Positions 15,114-28,275 are shown, counted from the stretch's first letter. The stretch is DNA of 64,000 nt from Phyllobates terribilis (GCF_046119375.1 NW_027362761.1:932790001-932854000), one strand, 5' to 3'. Numbers and translations are program-made. The notes: generated from the letters alone by a model not told the origin.

Positions 15114-15728
15114 AACTGAAGAAGCAAATCTCTACCTGATGCTGCAGCAGCTCTCCCTACTCTGCCTGGTTCTGGGGTAGAGTGTGACGAGCATGGTGGC
15201 ACCCGGTGTTCTATACACCTGATGATGCTGTGCGGCCAGCTAATCACTGTAATGGCCACAACCAACATGGCTACGGCATTACAGTGCATGGCAGGCAATC
15301 CCTGCATGTTCATTGGCTCTCTAAAGCGCCCCAAACATGCAATGAAGGGACCAGAGTTCCAGCCCGAATAACCCGGAAATACTCGCCGAGCTTCTCGAGC
15401 ACCGTGATGCTTGGGTGAGTACCAAGCAGTGGGGAGCACGTTCACTCATCACTAAGTGTTTATGCTTTGTGGTGCATTAAAGATTTAAAAAGTGTAATTG
15501 TAAATCAAATACAGCATGACAGATGCCAGATGCACCATATCAATTACACTGAAACTGCTGTTGGCACTTCCATCTCTCTCTATATTTAACAAATTACTGT
15601 TTGGAGTATTTGTTAAAAGATTTTTGGAGGCTTTCACTTCCTATATCTATTGCTGTATTGCTGAACTGTGAGTTCTGACATGCTGTCATTATGTTAAAAT
15701 AATTCTAAAATGGTTTCTAAATTCCTTG

Positions 15729-18700
15729 TGTAACAATGTTACTCACTTAGAAGCGATATGAGGTATCACAGGAACCGTTTCTATTTAAAAATCTGGCTGG
15801 TTTATTGCAGTTTTCATAAACCACATCACAGGAAACTCAAATATAGCTTTTGTCCCTGCCCAAAGTGAAACATAAAGTAAAAAGTCCATATAATAGTGCT
15901 GGTTTGCTCATTTGGCACAGAGTCCAACTTCTTTGTCTTTTAGCAAAGTCACACAATCCAGGAGGTCTGCAACCTCAACACACAGTGACTTGTGTGAAAC
16001 AAACAGGCCTCATTTTACAAAGTGAACCACACCCAAGGGTGGAGATATGGTGACCAGCCATCTCTCCCAACTCTTCAGCTATTAATAATCAACCTGACAT
16101 TGCTGATTAACCCCTTTTAGTTCTCTATGTACTAAACATTTCTCCAAGTTTAACTCCCATCCACTGTGTCTAACAGTCACCTTACTTACCTTCCCCTCTG
16201 CCTAAAGCACTGGGCTTGGCACCTTCTACCACTAGGATTTTCGAGAGAGAGCATTGGCATTACCATGTAACTATTAGCTCTATTTTCTACATGGAAGCGG
16301 AAATCCTGCAGGGCTAGAAACCAGCGGGTAGCACAAACATATAAAAAGGGTTTTCTTCCTCATCCACCTGAGTGGGCTATGGTCTGACACTAATTTAAAT
16401 TCATGCCCTAAGAGATAGTATCGCAATGTGTCCACCGCCCACTTTATGGCCAGGCATTCCTTTCCTACGATGGAATAATTTTTTTCACATGCCGACAGTT
16501 CCAACTCAGGAGGAGAACAAGATGCTCCTCTCCGTTTATCTACTAAGAACGGATCGCTCCTAATCCGACCTCTGAGGCATCCATTTTGAGTACAAATTTC
16601 TTCTTAAAGTCAGGGGCAATCAGGACTGACTGCTTAAACAGTACTATTTTCAGTTCTTGAAAGGCCATCTCTGCATCCCACAGCCATTTGGCCATGATTG
16701 ATTTTGTCCCCTTATGGAAGTCGGTCAGGGATGCGGCCATCATGGCAAAGTTTGAAATGAACCTCCTATAATACCCCACAATTCCCAGAAAGGCCCTAAC
16801 TTGCTTTTTTGAGAGTGGTTTCAGCCAGTTATGGATTATGTCCTCTTTTTTGATCTGGGTTTGATTTCACCTCTACCTACTACATATCCAAGGTATTTGT
16901 CCTACTCTTTCCCCACGGCACATTTTTTTTTACTTATAGTCAACCCCACATTCCTGAAAGCATTAAACACCGCCTGGACCTTTCCCAGATAACTTCCTCA
17001 ATCTGGGTTGAAGATTACAACACCATCCAGGTATGCTGCAATGTAATTCCTATGGGGTGTGAGGATCCGGACCATGGCACTCTGGAAGGTGGCTGGAGAT
17101 CCCTGCAGTCTAAACGGCATCCAGACATATTGGAAGCATCCGTTGGGCATAGTGAAAGCTGTCTTCTCCTTGGCTTCTTATGACATGTGGATTTGCCAAT
17201 ATTCCTTTGTTAGATCCAAAGTGGTTATGTACCAAGTCTCTCAATCAGCTCATTGACACGTGGCATCGGATATGCATCGAACGTGAAGACTTTGTTCAGC
17301 TTCCGAAAATCATTACAGGATCTCCATTCTCCATTTGGTTTTAGAACAAGGACAATAGGGTTAGACCACCCACTCTTAGATTCCTCAATGACTCCGAGAT
17401 TCTGCATACGCTTAATTTCCTTGGAGATCAGTTCTCGGTGGGCCTCTATAATTCGATAGGGCTTCTAATTCACCACACATGGAGTTCCATCACAACCGCG
17501 TGTTCTATGACATCTGTGCACCCTGGCAAATCTGAGAAAAGGTCCCAGTTCTGCTGCAGCAATTCCCAACATTGCTGTTTTTGGCCTTGATAGCGTCTCG
17601 GCTATTGTGACATCTTCAATTTCACCTTTTGGCTTAACCAGTAAACATGGAGTTTCAACAGGGTCCCTTTATTGCCATGCCTTGATGGGGAGTGGCAAGA
17701 GGGGATTTCGGAAGTGAGAGGTGGGAGCAGTTACCTGGCAGGTCGGAAAGGACCCGTTCTTGAGTTTTTTCCATGCCTAGATGGCCACCCAAGACATGTG
17801 AATGGGCCATGTCCAACACCCTCCTTCTAAAGGGTCCTGGAACCAACAATTGCTCCACTATCTCCTCCCTCACCTTAGTAACCCAGTAAAATAAGTTCCT
17901 AGTCAACATAAAATAAGGAAACCTGGTGTCAGCCCCCGGCTCCTGTGTTATGCCAATTATGACAGTTACCTTATTAAACACTTCTTTTAGAGTTCGGTCC
18001 CTATGTTAGGCGAACCAAAAATTTTCTCTGGTCACCCCTACCTCAAGAACGTTGGCCTCAGAGAATATTTCCTCCTCATCTGTCATCATTACACAGAATG
18101 GAATCACCCCTTTCTCAAGAACGTTGGCCTCAGAAAATATTTCCTCCTCATCTGTTATCATTACACAGAATGGAAACCCGTCAGACTATGGGGTGGTGAG
18201 ACTTCTTTATGGCCAACCAGTCCCTTACAAGAGCAATCAAGGTCTCCTCTCCTCTCCTCCCCCACAAGTCCCAAAACAACACAAAGTCCCAGCCTATGAT
18301 AATTGGGTGCAATAAATTCTGGAACATGCTGACCTCATGGGATTCAGTACCTCTGGATGTCTCAATGACCAGATAGTCTTTGACATTCCCGTGAATGCAG
18401 CAGATGACCACCTTCTTCCCAGAGTTCAATTGGAGAGGGGGTGTGACCCTCATGAAGGTCTCCAAACTCCCTGAATCTAGTAGTCCAGTCATTTGCAGAC
18501 GATTCACTTTTACAGGACGGGCTTGAGGCCCTTCACTGGGTGGATAGTGTACTCTGCAAGCCAGATATGCGTAGTATGAACACCGGGATCACAACCTACA
18601 GTCCATTTGCTCGGTGATTAGGGGACAATGAGCAGCTATATGACCTGGGCTGTGACATCTCCAGCAAATTACCATCCCCTATGATACCCTCAGCTTGACC

Positions 18701-18980
18701 TCTGCTGCCTACCTTGGATTTTGGATGCTCCACTATTTTTTAAGCCTCCGACCCCTGATGGGACACCCAGTATGGAGTCGGTTGCCTCCTCAAGGAACCG
18801 TTGACCTCCTGATGCCTTTTGACCAGTCTGATCAAGTCATCGGTATTCCAGGGATCTCGCTGGGCAACCTAAGTCTACTTTGGGTTCGAAAAGAAGTGCA
18901 CAAACTAGTCCATTACAACTCTCTCTACCATCTGCGCTGGGGTAGAGGACTCTGGCTGCAACCTGAAACATGCCTCATCC
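15729..18980 (-). mobile_element. Decayed Gmr1-like Ty3/gypsy LTR retrotransposon (gag-CCHC, PR, INT-N, RT, RNase H; probable 3' LTR at 15729-16175)
   Basis: ICWRCHSPGHIAAHC knuckle (about 18600-18670); LLDSGS protease (18181-18507); LLVPGPFRRRVLDMAHSHVLGGHLG integrase N-terminus (17655-17981); GVIEESKSGWSNPIVLV...NDFRKLN RT; ECLAIKWAVDTLRYYLLG...HGNANALSR RNase H directly before a purine tract and TG..CA segment. Confidence 0.82.
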
Positions 18981-19164
18981 CCATTTTCAGCTATTTAAAT
19001 GCTGCTTCAACATTAGTGTGTGGATGGTGAATTTTTCCAAAGTGTTATTTAAAAGAAAAATATTTGCTGTTTTCAATGTTCCATAATTATAATGTTGTTT
19101 TAATAATTTAAATGGTTTATAGTATGTGAATTTAATAATGCAATAAATCTTTTATTAAATTTAA

Positions 19165-20065
19165 CCCCTTTACAACCCAAGGTGTTTTGCACGTTAATGA
19201 CCAGGCCAATTTTTACAATTCTGACCACTGTTAGTTTATGAGGTAATTACTCTGGAACGCTTCAACGGATCCCCCTGATTCTGAGAATGTTTTTTCGTGA
19301 CATATTGTACTTCATGATTGTGATAAAATTTCTTCGATATCACTTGCATTTATTTGTAAAAAAAACAGATATTTGGCGAAAATTTTGAAAATTTTGAAAT
19401 TTTCAAAATTTGAATTTTTATGCCCTTAAATCAGAGAGATATGTCACACAAAAAGTTAATATGATGATAAAGCATTGTTTTTTGCTTCGTTTTTTTTTTT
19501 TTTTTTTACCGTGTTCACTAAAGGGGTTAACTAGTGGGACAGTTTTATAGGACAGGTCGTTCCGGATGCGGCGATACCAAGTATGTGTACTTTTATTGTT
19601 TTTGTTTTTTTTCATAATAATATTTATTGATGGGTACATTATATTTGGATTACTTTTTTTATTTTTTTTAAAATGCACTGCGCATGACCAAAATATCTTC
19701 CTGCTGTCTGGTGACCCGAATGTTGTCATGACGACATCGGGTTGTAATGGCAACATCCGTGAAGCCGCGGCAGACAGCACTGGAGGCCGGCAGGAGAAGT
19801 GAGTATCCCGATCACCTCCCCTTGCCACTGCAATGCTGCGATTGACTTCGATAACAGCAATGTGGGGGTTAATGTGCAAGGAGCGGTGTGGGACCACTCC
19901 CAGCACATAGCACCGGGTGTCAGCTGTGACAATCAGCTGACACCCGGCGGCGATCGCGCCCGCACAGCCTGTGTGCGGGCGTGATTGCAAAGACGTATTA
20001 ATACGCATCAGGCTCTTAAATCGAGGGTGCAGACAAGTATTAATATGTCTTGGGCTTTAAAGGGG
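19165..20065. mobile_element. Non-autonomous piggyBac-type element (CCC..GGG termini, TTAA TSD)
   Basis: TTAA|cccctt...aagggg|TTAA; 5' part is homologous to the element starting at 41322. Confidence 0.8.
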
Positions 20066-21454
20066 TTAAAATAACAGCTTTTTTGTGAGTTTTTCCTTTT
20101 TTATTTTCTAAGGAAAGAAAATCTGAGAAAGGAATACATAAAACCTTTGCAGCCTGGCTTATTAGTTTAGAACTTATAATTGATCATGTTGGCAAAAAGG
20201 TGTTGTTCATTCTTTCAAAGTTAAGCTAATTCATATTGACGTAATTCATATTAACCTTAATCAGTTTCCAGCCTGACAACTTTTTTTTCATTCCTGGTTA
20301 AGTTGCAATTAGACATATTTTGTCTTCAAATACCCAACAGCTTTACATGGTTATTTCTTAAATATTAAATAGCAATTTACACATCACATCTTATTAAAAT
20401 AATTGGCTTTAGAATAATTTTTTTTGTTAAGTTACATATTTTAGTTACATTCATTTTGAAAAGGTCATAAAATATTAATTTATACAATCTACATAGGCTA
20501 ACAAAACATGCAAACGATTTCTTGATTATAATACAAAGAAAATCTCATTAACATAAATATATTGACTTTGTGGTGTGGAAATAGATCTGTATTTCTACTA
20601 CACAGATCACAGAGTTATTGAATACTATTTAAGGGACAAAACAAGGATCTTTTCACATTATGGTGTTCTTAGTCTGTCTAAATAATTGATATATAACATG
20701 GTTAGTTTCAACAATATTTTTCTGTAAAAAAACATACAGAAACCTGAAAGATCTTATTATAAGCCAGTGACATCTAGTAAGATTTTTCATTACTAGTGAT
20801 GAGCGAGTGTATTCGTTACTATTCGCACGAATAGTACGATATTTCGGTTAATCCTTATTCGGCGAGTATTTGTGTACTGGCGTCGCTATATTTGGATGTC
20901 TCGCCCTGCAGTTTTGGCGCCTCCTTAGCAGCCACTAAACATGCTGGGCTTCTTAACCAATCACAGTAATGCCGCAGACATCTTGATTGTGGCATTACTG
21001 TGATTGGCTGGCCGCCCACCGTCATAGGGTCTATTTAAGCCCTGCCACCGCCATTTTGTGCCCATTTTGTCTGGAGCCTGCATTCTATAAGCATAGGGAG
21101 AGATCGCTGAGCTGCTAGGGAGAGTGTTTAGGCCTCTTGATCAAACAAAAGCCCTTGTAAGGGCTACCTGCAGTGTATACTAGTTCTGTGTTTAAAGGAG
21201 CCACTCAGTAGCTTCATAATACCACCAAAAAATAGCTCTTTTCAGAGATGAAGACTCACAACAAAGTCAGAGTACAGGGGAGATCTTGTGTATTAGCTAG
21301 GGAGAGGATAAAGTATTATTCCAGTGTCCATCTTAAAAAAGCTCTTGTCAGATGCAAAGCAATATTTTTCCTGCACACACAGAATTAGCATTGTGTGCTG
21401 CCTTTTTTTTAGCACTGGTCTATTTTCCCTGCTGTTTTAGGGGTCAGAGCCTGC

Positions 21455-22255
21455 TTTCTGTCCATATTAGTGTATGTAAAAAATCTTCGATTGCCCTGCA
21501 CAAAGCAGTAGTCAAACATTTTCTACTGCCTGCTACAAACAAGTACCAAGCCATTTTAACCACTATTTTGGGGTGTCAGCCTGCCTTCTGTCCGTATTAG
21601 TCTACGTAAAATATCTTTGATTGCCCTGCACAAAGCAGTAGTCCAAATATTTTCTACTGCCTGCTACAAAGCAAGCACCAGGCAATTTTAACCACTATTT
21701 TGGAATCCACCATCCCAAGGGCTACCAATCACAAATAGTAGTTAGGCTGGAGTAGGAATACTGTCCTGGTTTGTCCACTGCACAATCTGTGTAGGGTTTG
21801 TAAAAATTAGCCCTATGGGCTGAGTCATCGTTAACTCAGGAAGTCACCATCCCAAGGGCCTCCAATCACAAATAGTAGTTAGGCTGGAATAGGAATACTG
21901 TTCTGGTTTGTCCACTGCACAATTTGCGTAGGGTTTGTAAAAATTAGCTCTATGGGTTGAGTCATGGTTGACACAGGAAGCCACCATCCCAAGGGCCTTC
22001 AATCACAAATAGTAGTTAGACTGGAGTAGGAATACTGTCCTGGTTTGTCGACTGCACAATCTGCATAGGGTTTGAAAAAATTAGCCCAATGGGTTGAGTC
22101 ATGTTTGATGCAGGAAGCCACCATCCCAAGGGCCTACAATCACAAATAGTGGTTAGACTGGAGTAGGAATACTGTCCTGGTTTGTCCACTGCACAATGTG
22201 CATAGGGTTTCTAAAAATTAGCCCTATAGGCTGAGCCATGGTTGATGCAGGAAGG
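21455..22255. repeat. About 129-bp duplication (21455-21705) followed by a 137-bp tandem array of 4 copies (about 21707-22255)
   Basis: catcccaaggg at 21711, 21848, 21985 and 22122. Confidence 0.9.
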
Positions 22256-23119
22256 AAACAGGTTCTTATGGGAAGGGGGTGACATTAACAGCAGTAGCAT
22301 GAATGCATTTTTGGTGAATTTAGGTTGGCTTGCTCTCATCTGGAGTGATTACAACCTGTGGAGATGTCCAGTCCTTGTTGAATTTAATCAGAGTAAGTCT
22401 GTCTGCATTTTCCGTGGAGAGGTGTGTGCACCTATCAGTGATGATTGCCCCAGTGAAACTGAAAACACGCTCTGACACCACACTAGCAGCTGGGCAGGCC
22501 AGCACCTCCAAGGCATAAAAGGAGAGGTCAGGCCAAGTGTTCAGCCTAGGCACCCAATAATTAAAGGGAACTGAAGCGTCAGAAAGGACCCACGTATGGT
22601 CACTTAAGTACCCCTTGACCATGTTCTGCAACTTATCCCTCCTTGGCATTGTTAGAGGCACAGATAGCCTTTACTGTTGTACTGGTCTATTGAAAATTGC
22701 CCAATTTGTGCACATTTTCCCCCCACCTCTGTTAGAGCTGGTGTTCTTGTCTCTCCCCATTATCCTTTGGTGTTGAAAAGAGTTGGTACCTCTGCCACCA
22801 GCATTGTCTGAGGGTGATGTTTTCAGCAACTGATCTACAATGGCCCTCTTAAACAATGCAACTGAAAAACTATTTGTTGACTCCAAAAGGAGAGAAGAAA
22901 ATTACTCCTTGTACCGTGGATCGTGAAAGGTGGCCAACCAGTATAAGTCGCTCTTGTCACCATAAACATAAAGATCTAAAATTCTAATTTTTTTGGGATG
23001 AATCAACAACAAGTGGTACACAACCGTGAAGTGGAATGAAATTTATTGGATATTTTAAACTTTTTTAACAAATAAAAAACTGAAAAGTGGGGCGTGCAAT
23101 ATTATTCGGCCCCCTTCAG

Positions 23120-24151
23120 TTAATACTTTGTAGTGCCACCTTTTGCTGCGATTACAGCTGCAAGTCGCTTGGGGTATGTCTCTATCAGTTTTGCACATTG
23201 ACAGGCTGAAATTCTTGCCCATTCTTCCTTGCAAAACAGCTCGAGCTCAGTGAGGTTGGATGGATGGCGTTTGTGAACAGCAGTTTTCAGCTCATTCCAC
23301 ACATTGTCGACTGGATTCAGGTCAGGACTTTGACTTGGCCATTCTAACACCTGGATACGTTTATTTTTGAACCACTCCATTGTAGATTTTGCTTTATGTT
23401 TGGGATCATTGTCTTGTTGGAAGATAAATCTCCGTCCCAGTCTCAGGTCTTTTGCAGACTCGAACAGGTTTTCTTCAAGTATGGTCCTGTATTTGGTCCT
23501 GTATTTGGCTCTGTCCATCTTTCCATCAATTTTAACCATCTTCCCTGTCCCTGCTGAAGAAAAGCAGGCCCAAACCATGTTGCTGCCACCACCATGTTTG
23601 ACAGTGGGGATGGTGTTTTGAGGGTGATGAGCTGTGTTGCTTTTACGCCAAACATATCGTTTTGCATTGTGGCCAAAAAGTTCAATTTTGGTTTCATATG
23701 ACCAGAGCACCTTATTCCACATGTTTGGTGTGTCTCCCAGGTGGCTTGTGGCAAACTTCAAATGAGACTTTTTATGGATATCTTTGAGAAATGGCTTTCT
23801 TCTTGCCACTCTTCCATAAAGGCCAGATTTGTGCAGTGTAGGACTGATTGTTGTCCAATGGACAGACTCTCCCACCTCAGATGTAGATCTCTGCAGTTTA
23901 TCCAGAGTGATCATGGGCCTTTTGGCTGCATCTCTGATCAGTCTTCTCCTTGTTCGAGATGAAAGTTTAGAGGGACAGCCGGGTCTTGGTAGATTTGCAG
24001 TGGTCTGATACTCCTTACATTTCAATATGATCGCTTGCACAGTGCTCCTTGAGATATTAAAAACTTGGGAAATCTTTTTGTATCCAAATTCGGCTTTAAA
24101 CTTTGCCACAACAGTATCTCGGACCTGCCTGGTGTGTTCCTTGGTCTTCAT
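23120..24151 (-). CDS. Tc1 transposase, uninterrupted 343-aa ORF with mutated catalytic triad (element remnant about 23016-24370)
   Basis: MKTKEHTRQVRD...; WSYETK (D to Y), QQDNDPKH, SPDLNPVDN (E to D); 12-bp duplication giving KYRTKYRT; only inner parts of both TIRs remain. Confidence 0.88.
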   Translation of the reverse strand: MKTKEHTRQVRDTVVAKFKAEFGYKKISQVFNISRSTVQAIILKCKEYQTTANLPRPGCPSKLSSRTRRRLIRDAAKRPMITLDKLQRSTSEVGESVHWTTISPTLHKSGLYGRVARRKPFLKDIHKKSHLKFATSHLGDTPNMWNKVLWSYETKIELFGHNAKRYVWRKSNTAHHPQNTIPTVKHGGGSNMVWACFSSAGTGKMVKIDGKMDRAKYRTKYRTILEENLFESAKDLRLGRRFIFQQDNDPKHKAKSTMEWFKNKRIQVLEWPSQSPDLNPVDNVWNELKTAVHKRHPSNLTELELFCKEEWARISACQCAKLIETYPKRLAAVIAAKGGTTKY

Positions 24152-25807
24152 GATGCTCTCTGCACTTGAAACAGAACCCTGAGACTATCACAGAGCAGGT
24201 GCATTTATACAGAGACTTGATTACACACAGGTGGATTCTATTTATCATTACCAGTCATTTAGTACAACATTGGATCATTCAGAGATCCTCACTGAACTTC
24301 TGGAGTTAGTTTGCTGCACTGAAAGTAAAGGGGCCGAATAATATTGCACGCCCCACTTTTCAGTTTTTAATTTTATATCTTTGTGTTTGTAGCCAGAAAT
24401 GTGTCAAAAGGTAGAAAGTTCAAGGAGGCCAAATACTTTCACAAGGCACTGTATATCCTTTGTCGATTGGTAAGGTTTGGTAGTTGTTCTTGTGTCTGTA
24501 AAAGTGGCGTAATACTGCGACAAACTTATTCCCAGAAACCATATGTGAGTCAGAAATGCATGCAGACATATTCTACAGTCTCTTCCCATTCTGTTTCATC
24601 ACGTTCCCACCCATTTCAGCCTTTTTCCTCAGGCCCCCAGACCCCTTTGTAGGGTCCAGCAGAAAATTACTTGCATTTCTCATTGACTTACATTGTACTC
24701 GCTATTCGGAATGAATACACGATTATTACAAAGTACTTGTTATGAGCATAGCGATTACGAATATTACGGTACTCGCTCATCACTATTCATTACCCATTGA
24801 AAGTTGATACTAAGGGATATAAAACAGACTGCCTCTTAGGTCTTGGATCAAGAATGCAATTCCATAATAAAGTATTTCTATTGACTTGGGGCTTATATTA
24901 AAGGTTTTGCATTGACTTCACCAAAATCCAAAGACATCTGTGAGAAGCTGAAATAGTTCAGTTGCAAGAATGTATTGCTCAGTAGTATGCATGGGTTTGA
25001 AAGTCTATGAGAAAATGAGCATGAGCAAATTGTATTAGAGAGGTTCTCAGCATGGAAAAAGTAAAACATACTGCACAGACTCAACCTGTAGGGCATCCTA
25101 GCTGTGAAAGCACATAAAGTATATGTGCAATTTCAGATGATTTTTCAGAACAAGTGTGCTTACATGAAAAATATCAATATTTCTGGCCATTAATCTAGTC
25201 TGGCCATTAATTTAGTCTGCATGTTTAGCCATTTTTGCATATTAACTAAAAGTTTCAACAGTTTCTTTTTATCTTTCTCTGATTCGGTCTCCCCTCAACT
25301 TCTCTCTCTGATTCTGTTTCCCTTCAACTTCTCTCTCCTTTCCTGCCTTTAATCTTTTATAGGTAGAAGATGTAATTTGATAATTTACTGAAGACATATT
25401 TGTAGACATATTTGATTAGTTTTTGAGACTGAATTATTAGTTCAGGGAAAGAAGAATTGACATAGAGTATAGAGTATGTGAGGTAAGAAACATTTTCTCT
25501 ATTAAACTATTACAAAGTTTCTTATCTTTACATGTACTTTTGATATATGCAAAAAATAGATATATACAAATTAAACATAAAAAACAAAGTGCAGTTGCTA
25601 TTTAATACATTTTCCACAGCAGCTTAATATGTCTTTATCTCATAAAAATGCACAATAATTATTTTATTTTTAAAATTTATCTTATTAAGTTTATTTTAAG
25701 TAATGCAACACAATTTTAAACAACAAATTTATTTACTGCTGTCAGAAAAGAAACGAGTTTTACTCATGATTGAAAAGGGATATGTAAATATAATGCAACA
25801 TTATTAT

Positions 25808-28150
25808 TATTTTGCAAACTTCATCTTAATCTTTAGCCTTGGTGACTTGATGGATGAATGCTGTATAGGATGATCAATCTTGATCAATCCTAGGAAGATC
25901 CACCAGGGTGTTCTCTGCTGTTCTCTTGATAGTATCCAGCCATCGGGTTGCTGGTCTTTCTTTTTGCCTTTTTCCTTATATTTATTTGATTGAAATGTCC
26001 TTCTCAAGTGATTCCTGTCTTCCTATGATGTGTCCAAAGTAGGCAAGTCTTACCTTGGTGATCCTTGTGTGACGCTAATCACTTCTTATGAATAAGCCAT
26101 GAGGTGGGGAAGTCAGGGAGCCCGAGTATGGTGCTTCTCACTACTTATGGACAGGCCATGAGTCAAAGAAGTCAGACGTTCCAGGGTCAGTACCCAGAGA
26201 GCATGTAGTAAACTAAGGGAAAAGATGAAGGTGTAAGTAAGGTCACAGTTCAGGGGCAGAATACCAGAGAAATATCAGCAAGCAAAATTAAGCAAAGGGG
26301 CAAAAACAAATGGGTAGTCAGAACACGGTCCAAAGGTCAGGCAGCAGTAGATCAAAACTCACAGCACAGGAATCATGTAAACACACTAGAGAGCAGAAGC
26401 TTTGACTGTCAGTGGTCTGAGCCAGAAAGGTCACCTAAATAGCAGGGAAATTACTAAGAACAGGGATCACCTGGAGAAATCGCTGCATCTACCAGTCTCA
26501 GATAGGTCAACTAAACTGTCAATCAAAGCACTGAAAGCTCAGCATGCTCCAGCACAGGATTGAATGACGGAGCTGTCCATCACTGAGTCCCAGACACACT
26601 GAGTGGAGGAATCGTGACACAGAGATGAAAAGTCAAAAGGATACATCAGAAACAGAGGGATTAGGCAAACACATAGTCAGGTCATAGTCCGGAGCCAGAA
26701 TTCCAAGAAGGTAGCGAATCAAGAGAAATGGGCTAGGCAAATGGATGGTCAAAGGCAAATTCAAGGTCAGTCAACAAAGATCAAAATACTAGAACTCAAA
26801 GCACAGAGCAAACACACACAAAACTGAGCAGAGTTATAGCTAACAGAGATAAAAGCAGTCAGCCAGCTCAATAGCCTTGCAATTATTACAAACAGGAGAC
26901 AACTGTAGGTAACCCAGCAAGCCCTGATCCTGATTGGACAATTGGATTGTCACTTACTACACTGACAGCTCAACACGCCTAAGCCTCAGATTGGGCGGCT
27001 GAGCTGTCTATCACGATAATGAAAGGTCAGCAAGCCCCTTCCCCAAATTGGATGGTTGAGCTGCCACTCACAACACTGAGAGGACGGATCATGACACCTT
27101 GCTTCGAGTCATATGTCTGGCTTGATTTCATTGATAACATCCTTCTCTAGCACCACATTTTGAAGACATTGATTTTTCTTCTGTTTTGTTTCTTTATCGC
27201 ACAGGTTTCGCCTCCATATGTTACCACAGAAAAGACCAAGCTATGTACAAGTCATGTCTTTGTCTCCAGTGAAATGTTCCTCAATTTGAAGATCTTGTCC
27301 AATGACTTCATTGTTGATTTGCCCATAGCTATTTTCTTCCATTGTCATTGCTGCATCTTGAGTTATCATCAATCCGTGTAGGTAAAAGTCCTTTCAACTT
27401 TCAGTTTGTAGCTGACTGTTCGTCAAATGTGTCCCAGTTGTACCTGGCAGTAGTCAATATCTTTGTCTTCTTTTTGCTGAGTAGCAGTCCCATGTTCGAA
27501 CTTTCCATCTTGACACTCTGTAATAAGTCCTTCATTTCATCTGTGCTTGTTGCTATCAATGCTGTTTCGACTGCGTATTTAAGATGGTTGATGATTCATC
27601 AAACAATTTTGATTCTTTCTTCGTTTTTGGAAAATTCCATCCTTCCTGAAAATAGTGTCTGCATATAAATTGAAGAGAAATGCTGATCATATGGTTCAGC
27701 CACACCCATATCGTTCATGGTATTCCAAAGTTTCCGATGATCAACATGGTTGAAGGCTTTGCTGTAGTTGATGAAGCAAAAAAATCTCCTTGTATTATTT
27801 GGCCTTTTCCATTATCCATCTAATGGTAGCAATCACAACTCTTGTTTCTCTGTGTTTTCTGACTCCTACTTCTTCCTCTAGCAGCTCCTTGTCAAACTAA
27901 GACTGTAACCATCTTTGTAAAATTTCCAGTACTATTTTGCTGGCATGAATTATTAGCGCAATAGTCTGATAGTTTCTACAGTCAGCAGCATCTCCCTTCT
28001 TCAGAATAGGAATAAACACCAATCTCGTTCAGTCCTTGGGCCATTGACCAGTTATCCATATCTGTTGACACAGGCATATGAAGACATCAGCTGCTGCTTC
28101 AAAAGACTTTAATATCAGAGTTGACATGTAGCATAGGAAGAGGAAAAATA
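25808..28150 (-). mobile_element. RTE-clade (BovB-like) LINE, 3' portion, decayed, split by an LTR insertion
   Basis: CFINYSKAFNHVDH, INHLKYAVET (degenerate INNLRYADDT), LETKTRLVHSLVFSVVTYG, TLEARITKVRLAYFGHII...RPATRWLD. Confidence 0.85.
26068..27096. mobile_element. Solo LTR-type insertion with 5-bp TSD
   Basis: TGTGAC...ATGACA ends; CCTTG duplicated at 26063-26067 and 27097-27101; RTE frame rejoins across it. Confidence 0.82.
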
Positions 28151-28275
28151 AGGCAATCTTGAAGCAGTGTTATTTCTCTACCTTATTTAAATGCATAAAA
28201 AAAAATTAAAATGGGATATTTTTAGAAGTGTTCCAAACACTTTAAGGCATTTTAGTGATTTTTTTTACTCAATTT

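Larger units (their letters stand above)
9337..15454 (-). mobile_element. Degenerate hAT element; transposase remnants at about 10480-13260, interrupted by a Tc1
   Basis: Termini tagtgatg... (9337) and ...catcacta (15454); KVHLTTDMWTS, QLICDIPTHWNSTLQML, YWVSKLDTWHELALYALEVLACPAAS; no matching 8-bp TSD, so the two ends may belong to different copies. Confidence 0.75.
20794..24785 (-). mobile_element. Complete non-autonomous hAT element with TIRs and perfect 8-bp TSD, carrying tandem arrays, a transposase C-terminal fragment and a nested Tc1
   Basis: TIR tagtgatgagcgagt / actcgctcatcacta; TSD TTCATTAC at 20786-20793 and 24786-24793; ORF 22320-22661 with YWVPRLNTWPDLSFYALEVLACPAASVVSERVFS. Confidence 0.93.

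Noticed and set aside
9329-15462. Treating 9337-15454 as one TSD-validated hAT insertion
   Set aside because: Flanks ctcactta and agtgttta do not match, so it is kept only as a probable composite
21707-22255. Regularly spaced repeats as a CRISPR-like array
   Set aside because: Contiguous tandem units without unique spacers, in eukaryotic context
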